The notes beneath the pieces are model-generated. The model was not told the DNA's origin, made no database searches, and saw only the letters and a program-made list of their open reading frames with translations. This document shows positions 49,703 through 62,200 of a stretch of 64,000 nt of DNA, piece after piece (the first letter of the stretch is position 1; every line of letters begins with the position of its first letter). Source of the DNA: Patellaria atrata CBS 101060 (lineage: Eukaryota); NCBI GenBank assembly GCA_010093705.1, contig MU006102.1:314123-378122 (forward strand), read 5' to 3'. Position numbers and translations under genes: made by a program.

Positions 49703-52700
49703 CTAGTCTTTGACTTTAGACTGTCGCTTCGCCGTTCCAATATGAGTATTATGAACCTATGCCCACGTAAGTACACAAAGGATAACGAGCAATTGCTACA
49801 ATGGTAACCTACCTTGGTAGCGAACTTCAAACTTGTCAATGTCTCCCCTAAATGCGCTTGTAATGGACTAATCATCACAAACATGAGAGTTTTTGAATTG
49901 CCACCCAGCGAAAATTGTAGTAAGTAAGTGAGCTTATCAGGCGTTAGATTAGCCAGTATTTCAATGTATATTCCAAATAGTATACTAACCTTGCTGTTTC
50001 TATACGGAATATGTCCACCCTCTTTACCTTGGCCCAGGGCTCCGATCACATCACCCAGACATGATAAGCTCTTATTGATGTTTTGTGTCTCTTTTAACCT
50101 CTCGCCGGTTGCCTGTGAATGGCCCAGTCTCTCACTACCGGCAAGATCGACGAGATTCAGCGTACCTTCGCTGCGCTCTCCGGTAATGGAATTCTCACCA
50201 ATGAGTTTGAGGATGAAAACGGAATGACTTCGAGACGAGCGCTCATTTGCCTTTGTCGCCGCAACACTGCGATTCGTGCTGGCGCGTTCGAGTATTGACT
50301 CCACCTTTTCAGGTGAATCCAGAAGCACCGTGGTGATATCCGTGATAGTAGTCTTCATTTTTTGCATGTCGTGTCGGATTTCATGTTTCTTCTTGTCAAA
50401 CTCATTTGCATTACCTAAGAGATCGTTCAGATTCTCATTGTAGACCTCGACGAATGAGCCCTCCATGGTATATTTCCACCCCTTCTCTTCGAGATCTTTA
50501 GCCGTTGCATAGATCTGTTGAACCGCGCGTGGTATCATTCCATCAATTGGAGTCGACATAGTGTGCGTTTTGCCTGATCCGGTTTGGCCGTAGCAGAAGA
50601 TGCAGACGTTGTACCCATCTAGCGCACTTTGGACAAGCTGGCTGATTTCCTCAAAAACCTCTGCATTCTGCGAAGAAGGACCGAAAACACGGTCGAATGA
50701 GAAGGCGTTGCTAGTTGCTGTGACTTTTCCCAGTGCGGTCTTCTGCTCTGGTCCCTGAATAGTGACTTCCTTGCTGTCTTTATCAGTATCCGGAAAGGAG
50801 ATTTTCGCGGCCTCGTCAGATTCCTTTCCAAGAACCGGTCGTACTCGGCAAAATACGCGGATGTTGCCTTTCAGCTCTTGGACTTGGTTGTGGAGTTTCC
50901 GGCGGAGAGTCTCCTCGTTTCGTAACTTCTCTTTCGCGATTGCTTCTGCGTCAATCGCTTCTTGCATCCGACGATTAAGATCAGCGAAAGCTTGAGACTG
51001 CGCTTGATTGTCCGATTCTAGAAAGTCGATCTTCGCTTTCATTGCTTTCATGGAAGCATCAAGCGTAATGGCACTAGACGAAGCTTCTGTCAACTTTTCA
51101 CGGAGACTGGAATTTATCTGTTTCTCCCGTTCGAGGTCACTTGATACCTGATGAAGCTCGTTCCGTACGTTCTGTACTTCACGGTCCTTTTGGGTAACAT
51201 CAATTTCGGTAGTCTGTCGGAAAACAGCCAGTTGGGTAGCAATTTCTTGAACTTCCAGTAAACGTTTAGATCGTTCTCCGTTTACTTCCTCCTGCAACCG
51301 TTTTTCAAGGTCACTTAGCTCATCTCGATGTAGCTTCAATAATTTATCAATCTGTTCCTGGAAATTCTTTGTCAACCGTTCCGCCTCATTTGAAGCTTCT
51401 CGTTCGGTCTTTTCGGCTTCTCGTCGACGTTCGTCCTTGATGTCTTCCAGTTCGTTTTTGTGTTTCCGTCTGAGGTCGTCCATGTCGAATGTATGGGTCC
51501 TTCGTGTCTCTTCTAAGGTAAAGTTACTTGTCATCAAATTCCCTTTAACCTCCTCAAGGTCTTGACGCAGTCGATCGTTAGTTTGGGATAACTGTACCCT
51601 TAATTCCTCCAATTCGGAAACTGTAAACACAAGTGCATAAGTCAACTTCATATTCTGTTTCGAGTTCTGGGTGACTTGACAAGCAAAGCGTGCAACTTCT
51701 TGTCTTAAATCGAAAAGAGACATACTCCTAGCCTTGTAAACACTTATCACCTCCTCCCAACTGCTCTTCCCAGATATACTTTCTTGAATTTGGCTAGAGA
51801 ACAAGCCGAAAACCTTCTCCATTTTCTCGAGTCGTTCGTCGGGGTCAAAAGCTGGGACTTTAATGTTAGAGTCTCTGTTCAAAAATATCTCTTTCTGCGG
51901 TGACGCTGGGCGTGAACGTTTTGTTACTGAATTAGGTGGTACAAGACTTGTCGCTTCTGGTGGAGTTTGCGCTGTTTGCGTCTTTCTAGGCGACGGGCGT
52001 GGCAAGAATGATGGCGTTGGAGAGAATAAGGAAACGTTTTGGAGATCACACTTGCCATCATCTGGCCTTTCGGAGTCGTTGAGATTCATCCTTTGAAAAG
52101 CTGTACTGATAGACAAGGCCCTGTGGGGTATCGGTGTGAATGGTTGACATTCATCTTGATTGTGAAACGGTACATGAGTCTCCGTTGAAGAACGCGAGAA
52201 ATTAGAGGGTTGATAAGGAGAGTCGAAGTCAAAATCTCGGTATCGCTTCGTGACATGCAGTTGTTGTTGCTGTTGAGGTGTGCTGCGCATATTAGAAGAA
52301 ACTATGGGGACTGTACCCTTCTTTTTTCCGTTCTGTTGGTTGGCGGCTGCGACCGCATCCATGGGTGTGGTGGACCCCCCATTGACCGAGGCAGCGTGTG
52401 ATAAACTTCGATTATGAAACATGTTGCCATGTGGTGTTCGGTTGTGCTGTAACGCACTAGCGGGTCTAGAGCCTGGTCCGATACTGCTCGCGAATGAACT
52501 TCCTGATGTGGTACGTGTAGTCGATGACGATGGGACACGGGTAGTCGAGGAGGTGGATGAGGCAAAGGATGTATTTCGCTGTGCTGCGGTAGTGGAACTC
52601 CTACCCAATGAATTGGTAGGTCTTGAGCTTGGAGGAGCTGGTCCTTTGGGGTTATACTCGACGGCACGGTCCTTTAAGATCTTTTTCTTGGGACCAGGTT

Positions 52701-53006
52701 CTTGTACTAGATATTAGGTTAGAACGTAAAGATTTGACGTATCCCAATCTCAACGTACGTCCAGAAATCTTGTGTTTCTGTCCTATGCGATCTGGTGGCG
52801 GCATGGCTGCTCTAGAATTGCTTTCAGAGGACGAGATGTCACCCAACGGCTTCGCCGTAGCAGGGACGGGCAATTTCGTCGGCTTGATCCCCGTTGGCCT
52901 CATAGGCTGTTAAAAGGATTCAATTAGTATTGAACGCGTACAGCAGACCAAAGATCGAATATATGAACGCCTAGGACTATACCGAGTTGGTGATAGAAGT
53001 ATCCAT
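49703..53006 (-). CDS. KAR3: Kinesin-14 motor (Kar3/KlpA), C-terminal motor domain, multi-exon
   Basis: Long coiled coil then RRKLHNQVQELKGNIRVFCRVRP, P-loop YGQTGSGKT, NERSSRSHSVF, LNLVDLAGSER, HIPYRNSKLT, last exon VHNTHIGTAKRQ. 5' exon structure is approximate. Confidence 0.95.
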
Positions 53007-53521
53007 CGCGATGTTGTTTACTCGAGCGGAAAGAAATAAAAGAAGCACGGCGCGGGAGCTTAGAAAGATGGTCACGGCATAGGGAGCGCCAACTGAGATA
53101 TCTTCTTCTCGAAATAATCAAATAATTTTCGAATTCTGACAGTCGTTGCTACGAGTGATTAAGTGATGTGTTGATGCCAAACATTGGCGTAAACACAAGC
53201 TAAGGATCAACCGAAGAATACCCGTCGGCTTCGGGTCACGGTTCAAGGGGTCCCCTGTCGTCCAAGACTAGGATCAGCCACCGAAACGCACGAAGCTTGA
53301 TTCAGACAGTTGAGAAGATCACGATACGTTTCCCCGTCATAGTTCTTTGCAGTAATATTCCATGTCCCACTTCACATGCGAAAAGGATTCCTCCGAGCCC
53401 ATATCGGACCGCTTACCTTCGCCATCTACCATCAATCCTTTCCTCTTCATGTCCCGCATCTGTTCCGTATCTATCATGATCACATATTCCAGGTAACAGT
53501 TCGCATTTGAGGCAGATCAAC

Positions 53522-54677
53522 ATGGAGAAATATTCCCAATTTAGGGACAGAGGTACTTATTTGATTCCACGCGCTCCAAATTCTTACCTTTCACTAACAA
53601 GTATACAGGTTCAGGCATCGCGCCTTTCTTTCCAGTTCCTACACAGAGTTCGGGAATATATCTTCCTTTCCACGTCTTTCTCTTTGTCGTTCGCGTACCA
53701 CTACTCATCAGCACACTACTCTTCTACTCCATCGTCTTCTCATGGCTTCCTCTCGGAATGGGAGCAGTAGGTTTCCTAGCCAAAAAAGCAGCATTATGGG
53801 TTATACTGGGTATTTCAGGGGTATGGTGGATAGATCTACAGATAGACGGGGTTAAAAGAGGGTAGGCAACATAGCATGTCCTCCGAGTTTGACATGACTT
53901 AGTGCTAAAGACTCCTGCAGCTCACTTGCTCAGCATAATGCACATCGTCTACCACATCCAAAAACTATAATTGCTTCTTCGTTTACCTCACCGATCGATT
54001 GTCTATACCTTGCTGCAATATTTGACCCGGTCTTCACTGTTTCGTTTCCGGACAGTCGCTCCGTTCAACGGATATCTCTCCTCCAAGCCATTTTCCGTGC
54101 TTTCGCTGCACCTCAACACAAACCACCTCCTTCGGCCTACTTAACAGACCTTGAGACTCTTATCAAGAAGAATCCGGACTCGTGCATAGTCGTCTTCCCC
54201 GAATGCACGACTACAAACGGCAGAGGCATTCTACCATTCAGCCCTAGTATTCTCACCGCTCCCCCAAAGACAAAGATATTCCCGGTAAATCTACGTTATA
54301 CGCCGGCTGATATTACTACACCCGTCCCCAATTCATACTTCACGTTTCTTTGGAATTTGTGCTCAAAACCTACTCATTGTATCCGCGTCCGCATTGCTGA
54401 GAGCGTCCACAATACCTCGCAATCAGCTCTCCGACCAGAGCCGCCAAAAGCGAAAAACTCCTATAACACAAATTTTTTCGACACGCTCAAATTAGACCCG
54501 AAGACCTCTGAGCTGCTGGACGGGAGCAACGACGGCGAAGAGCTAAATCCTGAGGAAATGGAGGTACTTGATAAGATAGGGGAGGCGTTGGCACGGTTAG
54601 GGCGGGTTAAGAGAGTCGGATTGAGTGTTAAGGAAAAAGAAGAGTTTGTGAAGGTGTGGACGAAGAAACGGAGCTAG
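53522..54677 (+). CDS. LOA1: Lysophosphatidic acid acyltransferase Loa1/Vps66 family
   Basis: MEKYSQFRDR|GSGIAPF, ILGISGVWWIDLQIDGVKRG, IASSFTSPIDCLYLAAIFDP, VVFPECTTTNGRGIL, EALARLGRVKRVGL; C-terminal KKRS (KKxx-type). Confidence 0.88.
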
Positions 54678-56158
54678 AAACTAGCTGATCTGCGCACTAG
54701 AGACGTGACATGAGATGTCATTATGCCCATATCTAAAAGAAATCCAAATCATCAAATGATTCTTGATTCAAACCCAGCAGTCAACTCTACTTGGTGGATA
54801 AAATACAATATCTTACACGGATTTTGTGAAACCAAAATTTCATCATGCGTGTTGGTTCAGCAAGTCTTTCAACCCTTTAGTCTGCCCTCTCCAGCTACCC
54901 ATATCCTTTCCCATGTTATGGAATCTTCCAGTCCACGGCACTCTCCCATATAAATCCCGAAAAGCATCCAGCCCGGTGAACTTAAAATTGTACGAAAATC
55001 CGAACAGCATTCACATACCTACTACCTCATATCCACTCAAGCTGCCTCAAACCACCATCCAACCAACCCAGAACCATACAGCTCGCTCTCACCTCTACAA
55101 ACGGCCAATCATATACTTCAGCATAATGTACTATACATTCCCTCTCGCTCCACTGTATTGTACAAACCCACAAAACACAGAATTATACCAAGTTCCAAAC
55201 TACATGCGGCTCACACCCCCCAATCCCGTTTTCTTTCATATCGTACGGGAGCCTCATGTACCGTACGCATGGCTAACGTACCGAACCCCTTACCCTGATT
55301 ACTGAGGGGGTTTTATGGACAGGTTAAGGGATACCTGCCCACTGATCCCACGCTTTTCGTTTCATGTCCAGCGGTTCTTGATCGCTTGTGATTGGGCTAA
55401 GTCGTCGCTTGAAGTATGATGGTATAGATGTTTGCACGTTTGTGAGCAAGTCTTTGTGTGAAGGGATTGGATATCGTATCCACCGCTGGGTGCAAAATGT
55501 GCGTCTTGTTGCTGTTCTTGCTGTTCAGGACTGGTAGGAGAGGCACGAGGTGAGATATGTAGGTTGCTGGTAGAAATGTATTGGTAGGTCGAATGGGGCT
55601 GGGATTTTGTGCTTGGGATCAAGGTTTGGTTTTTGGTTGTGGTTCGTGTTATATTTAGAGGTGCTCTGGCGAAGTTGTAAGAACAGGGAGAGGTGCACGG
55701 TTTTTCCGGCGGAGGATAGTTATGTTTGGATTGGGTTACTGGATGCTGATTCTATAAGTATGTTTTTTCTTACTCTATTCTACCAGGGGATTGAAGAGAA
55801 TAGAATGCACGCCATCCCTATAAATGAGTAACTATATATTTCAGCAGACCGTGCAGCGTCTCCAACTCCACCGCACGGAAATCCCGGGCTGTACGAGACA
55901 TCGACAACCGTATATATGTAAGGACCGAAGCGTACCGAATGCAGCCCTCATCCACTTCAAACATATCAACCCAGCAGTATCTCCATCAAGCGCAGAAACC
56001 AAGAAACCCAACCCACCTAAACAACCCAAACAACCCAAGCAGACCTAAACTATACCACCGCTCTATATTCTCTATACGCCACCCAACCCACCCTCAGCAA
56101 AAGCCTCCACGCAACCCAACCCCAAAACCCAAACAATCCCATCACCCCCCCAATCTCC

Positions 56159-57321
56159 TTACAAAACCCACAACCCCACCACCAAAACAGCCGTCCAAAC
56201 ACCCACAACAGTAACCTCAGCAGCCCCACTCTCAGCAGGTCCAACAACCAAATACCACGCCCCCTCATCCCCACCCGCCTGCGTCATCAACATCGTAACC
56301 TCCCCCGTCCAACTCATCCGCCTTAAGAGACTCTCATCAATGCTCAACCCCAGCCGACTCAGCGCGTGGGAAGCATCGAAACGTGTCGTAATCGCCGGGA
56401 TGGGGATCGGGGCCTGGGACGTCGCTAGTGTTGGCGTCGGGCCTACGGATCCAAAGATCGGGGAGGAAGCGTTTGTCGAGGTCGAGGTCGCGGCGGGTGT
56501 GTCCAGCGTCGAGAACACGGCGGGATAGGTACTTGGTATCGTGGCTAGGAGTGTAGTCGGGGGTGGGATTTCGTAGGGGGTTGGTGTGGATGGGGACGGG
56601 GTCGCGGCTGTCGCGGCTGGGACGGTCGAGAATGATGGGATTGAGAAGTCGTAGGAGATGGGTGAGGGGATGGTGGGGGTTGGGGCGCGTTGGGGGTCTC
56701 GAGGGGTGATTTTAGGGGAGATGGGGCGGAGGAAGGATATGAGGGATTTGTAGGCGGAAAGGAAGGGGTGTGTGTAGAATGCTGAGGGCGTTAGTGGTGT
56801 TAATGCTGAGGAATGGGGGACTTACAATCGCCTGCGCAGAGTTGGGTTCTCGTGGAGGTGAGGGAAATTGTGAGTTCTTCGTTGATAGCGGCGGAGGTGA
56901 GACAGGTTAAGCAGTTTGTCCAGAATGTGCTGGGGTTTGTAGGTTAGTTGTGGTTTGGTATGGGAGTTTGGGATGAAGAGGATATCAGTACTTACGCAAA
57001 GGTGCTGTTAGTCGACTGCGCGCAGAAAGTGATCCGAAACCTTGTTTCCTCTTCATCGTCTAGTGCAACTAGGGAGTTTGGATAGTATTCCTCAATGAAG
57101 GTGCTGACGATACTGCAGTCTTGGTTGCTCCAACATCTCCCCGGACCAGCGATAACGTCATCTTTCATAGGATGGAGGAGAGGATGCTGGTTCTCAGGAG
57201 AAGCTCTGTCAACATACGCTATATCTGTGGAGACTGCAAGCACAGGTCGCATGAGTAGTCTAGTCATGTTGAATTTAGACAAGCCGCGTAGGACTAAGAT
57301 GAAGCTTCGACGGTTAACCAT
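56159..57321 (-). CDS. Putative secreted, GPI-anchored Ser/Thr/Pro-rich protein with a small Cys-containing domain (3 exons)
   Basis: Cys-spaced N-terminal region (CWSNQDC..FC..NCLTC..LC), long P/T/S-rich stalk, C-terminal ESG-AA followed by hydrophobic tail VTVVGVWTAVLVVGLWVL*. Confidence 0.7.
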
Positions 57322-58464
57322 ATTGCGATATCAAAGTAGAATGACAGTGTTGAGAAACCTTAAAAACAAGCGTGAGAGAAATAGAGGTCTCGATGCAGAG
57401 ACTTAGTCTATCTCGAGAGAAAGAATACATGACTGATAGACCTCCACGTCATGCCCCTTTATCATGTACGGTACAACTAATCAATGTTTCAAAGTTCATC
57501 ACCAGCGTGATTCCTATGACCTTCCTCTTAGTGACTTTCTCGGCTTAAGGGACCGCGAACTCAAGGACAGAGTGGCAAATGAATAATAAAGAGTAACGGG
57601 TTTTATCCCGCGGTCACGTACCTGAGGCACGTTTGCACCTTAGAAGTATCACCTGGCTGAACATTCTTCCACTTCGGGGCCATAACCAAGTAGTAACGTA
57701 CATATGTCCCATCCTTTAATTATATAATATCCCGAAGCCCCGGGTTCGAGCCTCCCCAGCAGGGGGAGGGCAGATGTACCTCCGCTTCGGCAGGGGGAAC
57801 TGTTTTTAATTTTACAATTTTTCTTATCATTTGCTTCATCACTCCTTTTTTTTTTTTTTTGGCACTGCATTTTGATGATTGGGTGGTTGTGGTTTTTATT
57901 GTTGATGTTCCTATTCGTGGGCCTAATATCTCCTGCTGAGACGACGTTCGTGGAGTGTACCCATCAACTACAAGTAAGGTTTGTTTTTGAATATTTTTTT
58001 ACCTGCAAAGGTATGTAACGAAGAAAGAATTCTGACCGTTCTACAGGAAGGGAACTCTAGCTATTGGATGATTAGATATAGCAATGAAATGCATGTTGTG
58101 AGAATGATAAGAGCGGCATTAAGAAAACAAACCCACCAATCCGATGTGTACGAAAGTTTGGTATAACTCATTTAGGGGAAACTTTTTACGAGGGAACATT
58201 CACGTATAAAGAGATTAGTAGAAAGATAATAAAAAAAAGGGCCAACGAAGCTCCACATTACGCCTTACCTTCTTTTGAGAATAAAAATAAAGAAAAGAAG
58301 ACAGCCCATAAGATACTATAAATATAACCGAGATACGAAACTACAATTTGAAAGCCCTATTCAGAACTCCACAAGTATGAGAGGAATTCCTAGATGGATA
58401 TCATAGAAGAAAGATCCCCTCACTCACACGCCAGAGAAAGGAAATAGCCCTCGACCAGAAGCCT

Positions 58465-59205
58465 CTAAAAGATTTCCAACCCCTCAAACTCGACGCACAA
58501 ATTCCGTTGACTCGTACTTGGACCACCATGTCTCTGCGAGTACTGAGTAGGTCCAAAGTTCGCCGGCCGTGACGCATACACCCCCACACGCACCGCTTTA
58601 TCTTCGACTCCCCAGAAGAACCAGGTCACCTCCCTCAGCTTCTTCCAGCCGTTCACGTCGTCCTCGTACCAGACCCAGAGCGCGTATCCGATGCGCTCGA
58701 TCTTCACCCTGAGGTCCGTTCTGCGCGCGTGATGTGGGGGGAGGGCCGAAAGGGACCAATCCGCCCCATCCGACGTCGCGCAGACGGACGTGGCATGGCA
58801 TGCGTTACTGCAGAACTCGAGGCCAACCTTGACCCACTTGGAGACGGGGGCTGGGGGGGTATACGATGGGGGCGTCGAGTTCACCGATGCTGCTGTCTGG
58901 GTGACAGTGGAGTTCGTTACTGTTGCAGCTCCACCGCGAATTGTGCTCGGCGGAGCTCCGGCAAAGATGACCAGACCGGCTTGATCCCATTCCATCTCCC
59001 AGTCTGCCGATACCGTGACCTCGGCGGCTACGAAGGGATTCCGCAGCGCTGTGTACAGGATCGGTGCGGTGGAGGTGTCACGACTTGGTGGCTTCCGCCA
59101 GAGATCTGTGTTCGGCGGGGCGGAAAGCTTGAATGATCCCAACCATTCTGGCACCGAGGAGGAAGGGATATTGAGCGCCGAAAACGAAGCCGGATCTGGA
59201 GGCAT
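58465..59205 (-). CDS. DUF1349 (Ree1-like, concanavalin-like fold) protein
   Basis: APPNTDLWRKPP, EWDQAGLVIF, KWVKVGLEF, ADWSL, LREVTWFF, VGVYASRP, VEFEGLEIF. Confidence 0.88.
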   Translation of the reverse strand: MPPDPASFSALNIPSSSVPEWLGSFKLSAPPNTDLWRKPPSRDTSTAPILYTALRNPFVAAEVTVSADWEMEWDQAGLVIFAGAPPSTIRGGAATVTNSTVTQTAASVNSTPPSYTPPAPVSKWVKVGLEFCSNACHATSVCATSDGADWSLSALPPHHARRTDLRVKIERIGYALWVWYEDDVNGWKKLREVTWFFWGVEDKAVRVGVYASRPANFGPTQYSQRHGGPSTSQRNLCVEFEGLEIF

Positions 59206-62200
59206 TCCTCAAAAATGAGGAGGGTTATCACAATGGAAGTTGGGAGCCGTGTATTACTGCCCGACTTATAGAACTAATCCTGCCCGCCTAATCTCCGCCT
59301 TTTCCACTTGTGGCTTCAAAGGTTAAATGAACTCCCTTCGCGAGTGAAAAATCTTCCGCGAATCCGGGAGGCGATTATCATTCGTTTGCTTCGTATGAGC
59401 GGCAGCAAGGATTTGGGCATAAGCTGACTTTCCGGGGCGCAACGAGATCGGTGCTGCGCAGGAAGGCGGAAGCGCGCAATTCTACAATAATGAGACGTTA
59501 ATGGACAATGCTATCTGGATCTGTCTTGACCGGCTGCTGACTTCGATACGCGACGAGCTGTTCGGTGGATCCTCCGCCTCGAATTGACGCTTAGGTTCGT
59601 GATCTGATAGACAGGTTGATACAACTTTTTTTTTAGTGAACAGTCTACCAGAACTAGAACTAGTAGAACTAGACTTAGACCGTATCCTGCTTATTCTGGG
59701 TTAAGGCGCGTTGTTGACCCGAAATTGTCTCAGCCAGAGTGTCAGACATTAACAGGAGCGTATCCTGAGCTCAATATATGCTCTTTCGTGCAGCCACGAA
59801 CAAAATGCTTTGGACCACCAAGAATGATATAAAAAGATATAAATACCATCTTGCATACAGCATACACACCCGGCGCCGCTCTAATCCTCGGCTAGGGCTG
59901 TCAAGCTGAATCTACCCGCCACTTCGCATAGACATGCGCTGACCAAAGCAGCTGCATTGTTACTTGCTGGTAGATGTACCATCGTCCTTTACGATGGTGA
60001 TCCTGGAGCGGTTTGGTATGATGAGGTGAGCGGTTGATGGTTTAAGGCCCGCGGTATGATGAAGTTTGTTCAAAAAGATTTGCGGGGACTTCGCTTTGAC
60101 GCCACGGCAAAGCCACTCTTGTCATTCGATTATACATCTTCAATGCACTCAGCCGCTCCCTGACACTACGTGGCAATCGTTGAGAAACCTGAGATAGATA
60201 TCCTAGATGTGTCTTTCAGGGGACTCGAACGCAAGCGCGGACTTGGACTCGTTCGATAGGGCCTTCTTATTAGGTGCCAGTGGTGCAACTGAATCCTTTG
60301 AGAGCAAGGAACCTCGATGAACCTGGACGACGGGAGGAAGAGTCCCCAGTGAGAATGCAGCAACGTTCGGATCTAGAGAATCTGCCGTATCGCCCCAACT
60401 CTCTCCATCGACCGGACGGGACTGTCGTGGAAATGCTTTGCTGAGCTGTTCTGTTGCACCAGCCAGGGGTTTTCCCTTCGATGTCACGCATCTGCCATCT
60501 GTTGCAAGGGCTTTTGAAGAGAGAAAACCTCATGTCGTCTTATCCTGTTTTGTCACCACGCAGGAGGCTTGGTTCTGGGGGATCTCCCTACTGGAGAAAT
60601 ACTTCATCAAAATCGATCGGCTGCATAGCCTATCTCTCCGTTCACTACCTTTACACGTGATAGTAATTGCTGTTCCTATTCTTGATCTATAGGGCTAAAT
60701 CAAAAAGACGAAGATGTCGTTGTTTGTTGGCGACATATTGCTGTAAGATTGGATGAAGTGTTGTCATGAGACACTATGCAGCACAGAAAGTTGCATTTTG
60801 TGGCACGTAGTACTTCATGCTAGTATAGACGGATATTCTGTCAATCCTTCCTCCGAGCAGTAAAACTAGTAGTTTATCGCGAACTTCATGATGCGTTGTC
60901 CGGCAACATGAGCGTGTAAAAGTTAGTATAGCTGCAGTGCACACAACACAGCGACATGGATGAGATGGGTAATTCTTATGTCTGATATCGACAATTGTAT
61001 CTGCAACTATGCGGACTTCATCTTTAGGCGTTGCGTGGTTATTGGTTTGCCCCAAAATGAAATCTCATAATGTTTCTGCCCCAACTTGGGGGGCCATTAT
61101 CTGCATCTCGCCTCTCAATTCTAGTATCAATCTATCTATCTTTAGGGTCCGCTCTTAATCACGTTTATCCGTCCGTCCGCCCATCTCATCTTCCATATGT
61201 TTGTGAACTTGGACAAGTTATTTTCGAAACCCGAATCTGTGTGCGCTGGCGTACTGCTTTGAAATGCAGCAAGTATGTGCTGTTTTATGCATATGCGTAC
61301 CTTGTAACGATTTGGCTGATATCAGCTGTATCGGCCCTTCATACATCCTATTGTGCTTCTTGATTGTAATATGCGATGGAGAAATCCAACGGTCTATAGA
61401 GGTTGGTGTCACAGAGCTCGTGAGGGCCTATAGGTGATTGCTGTTCAACCCCATCAGGTGCTAATTGTTCCATCCATTTTCGTAGATCGGTTACTGACCG
61501 AGGTAAGCATTCTAACTTTCAACGAAAATAAGGATACGCTAGAATATGCGACAATGTGACATCCTCGATTATAGATAGTACCTACTGCTGTCTCCATCCA
61601 GTCCGGTATGGGTAGATCATAGAATTAGTAGGTTTGACAGCACAGGTGTAGGATCATACCAAAAGGATATAGTTTCTGGCTGATGTCTTATTCTTGTTCA
61701 TTAGTTGGCTTATAGAGACACATTGTTAATCCAAAAGGGGAAGTTTGACAGGCTAGTTCTACTAGGACAATGCCACCTTGAATAATAGAAAAAGTTAAAT
61801 TCAAAAATGGACTTAAAAGTATCCGCCGCAATATAACAGCAAAGGTCGACTGCAAAAATGGGGCCAAAACGCTTCGAATAATCTGGGCCAATAGTCCACT
61901 GGTCTAGGGCAGGCGCTTCTAGATCAAAGTTCCTGTTATGTGGAATGCTACAACTCCCCTTCTCACTAGGGGTGTAATATGATTGACGGAAAAAAGATGT
62001 AAGGCCACAGAATTCTGTGCGTGCTCGGAAATGCTAACAGAAATGTAGGAGAGTGGGAAGGATGCATGGATGGAAACAGGACGGCTCTTTCGAATGATAC
62101 TGTCACACAATCGTAAGTGTTTGTGAAATCAAGAAAAATAGCCCGACTACCTCGATCTAGATTGCATGCTTATAGGGGTGCCACCGATCGGATTGATGTT

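Noticed and set aside
4868..53006. A DNA-repair/autophagy gene cluster (NSE4, HAT1, KU70, KAR3; VPS34, ATG3)
   Set aside because: The genes are dispersed among unrelated loci and no shared regulatory architecture is visible.
57731..57800. tRNA gene (GGTTCGAG T-loop-like)
   Set aside because: T-stem pairing is incomplete, and no D-arm, anticodon arm or acceptor stem can be built.
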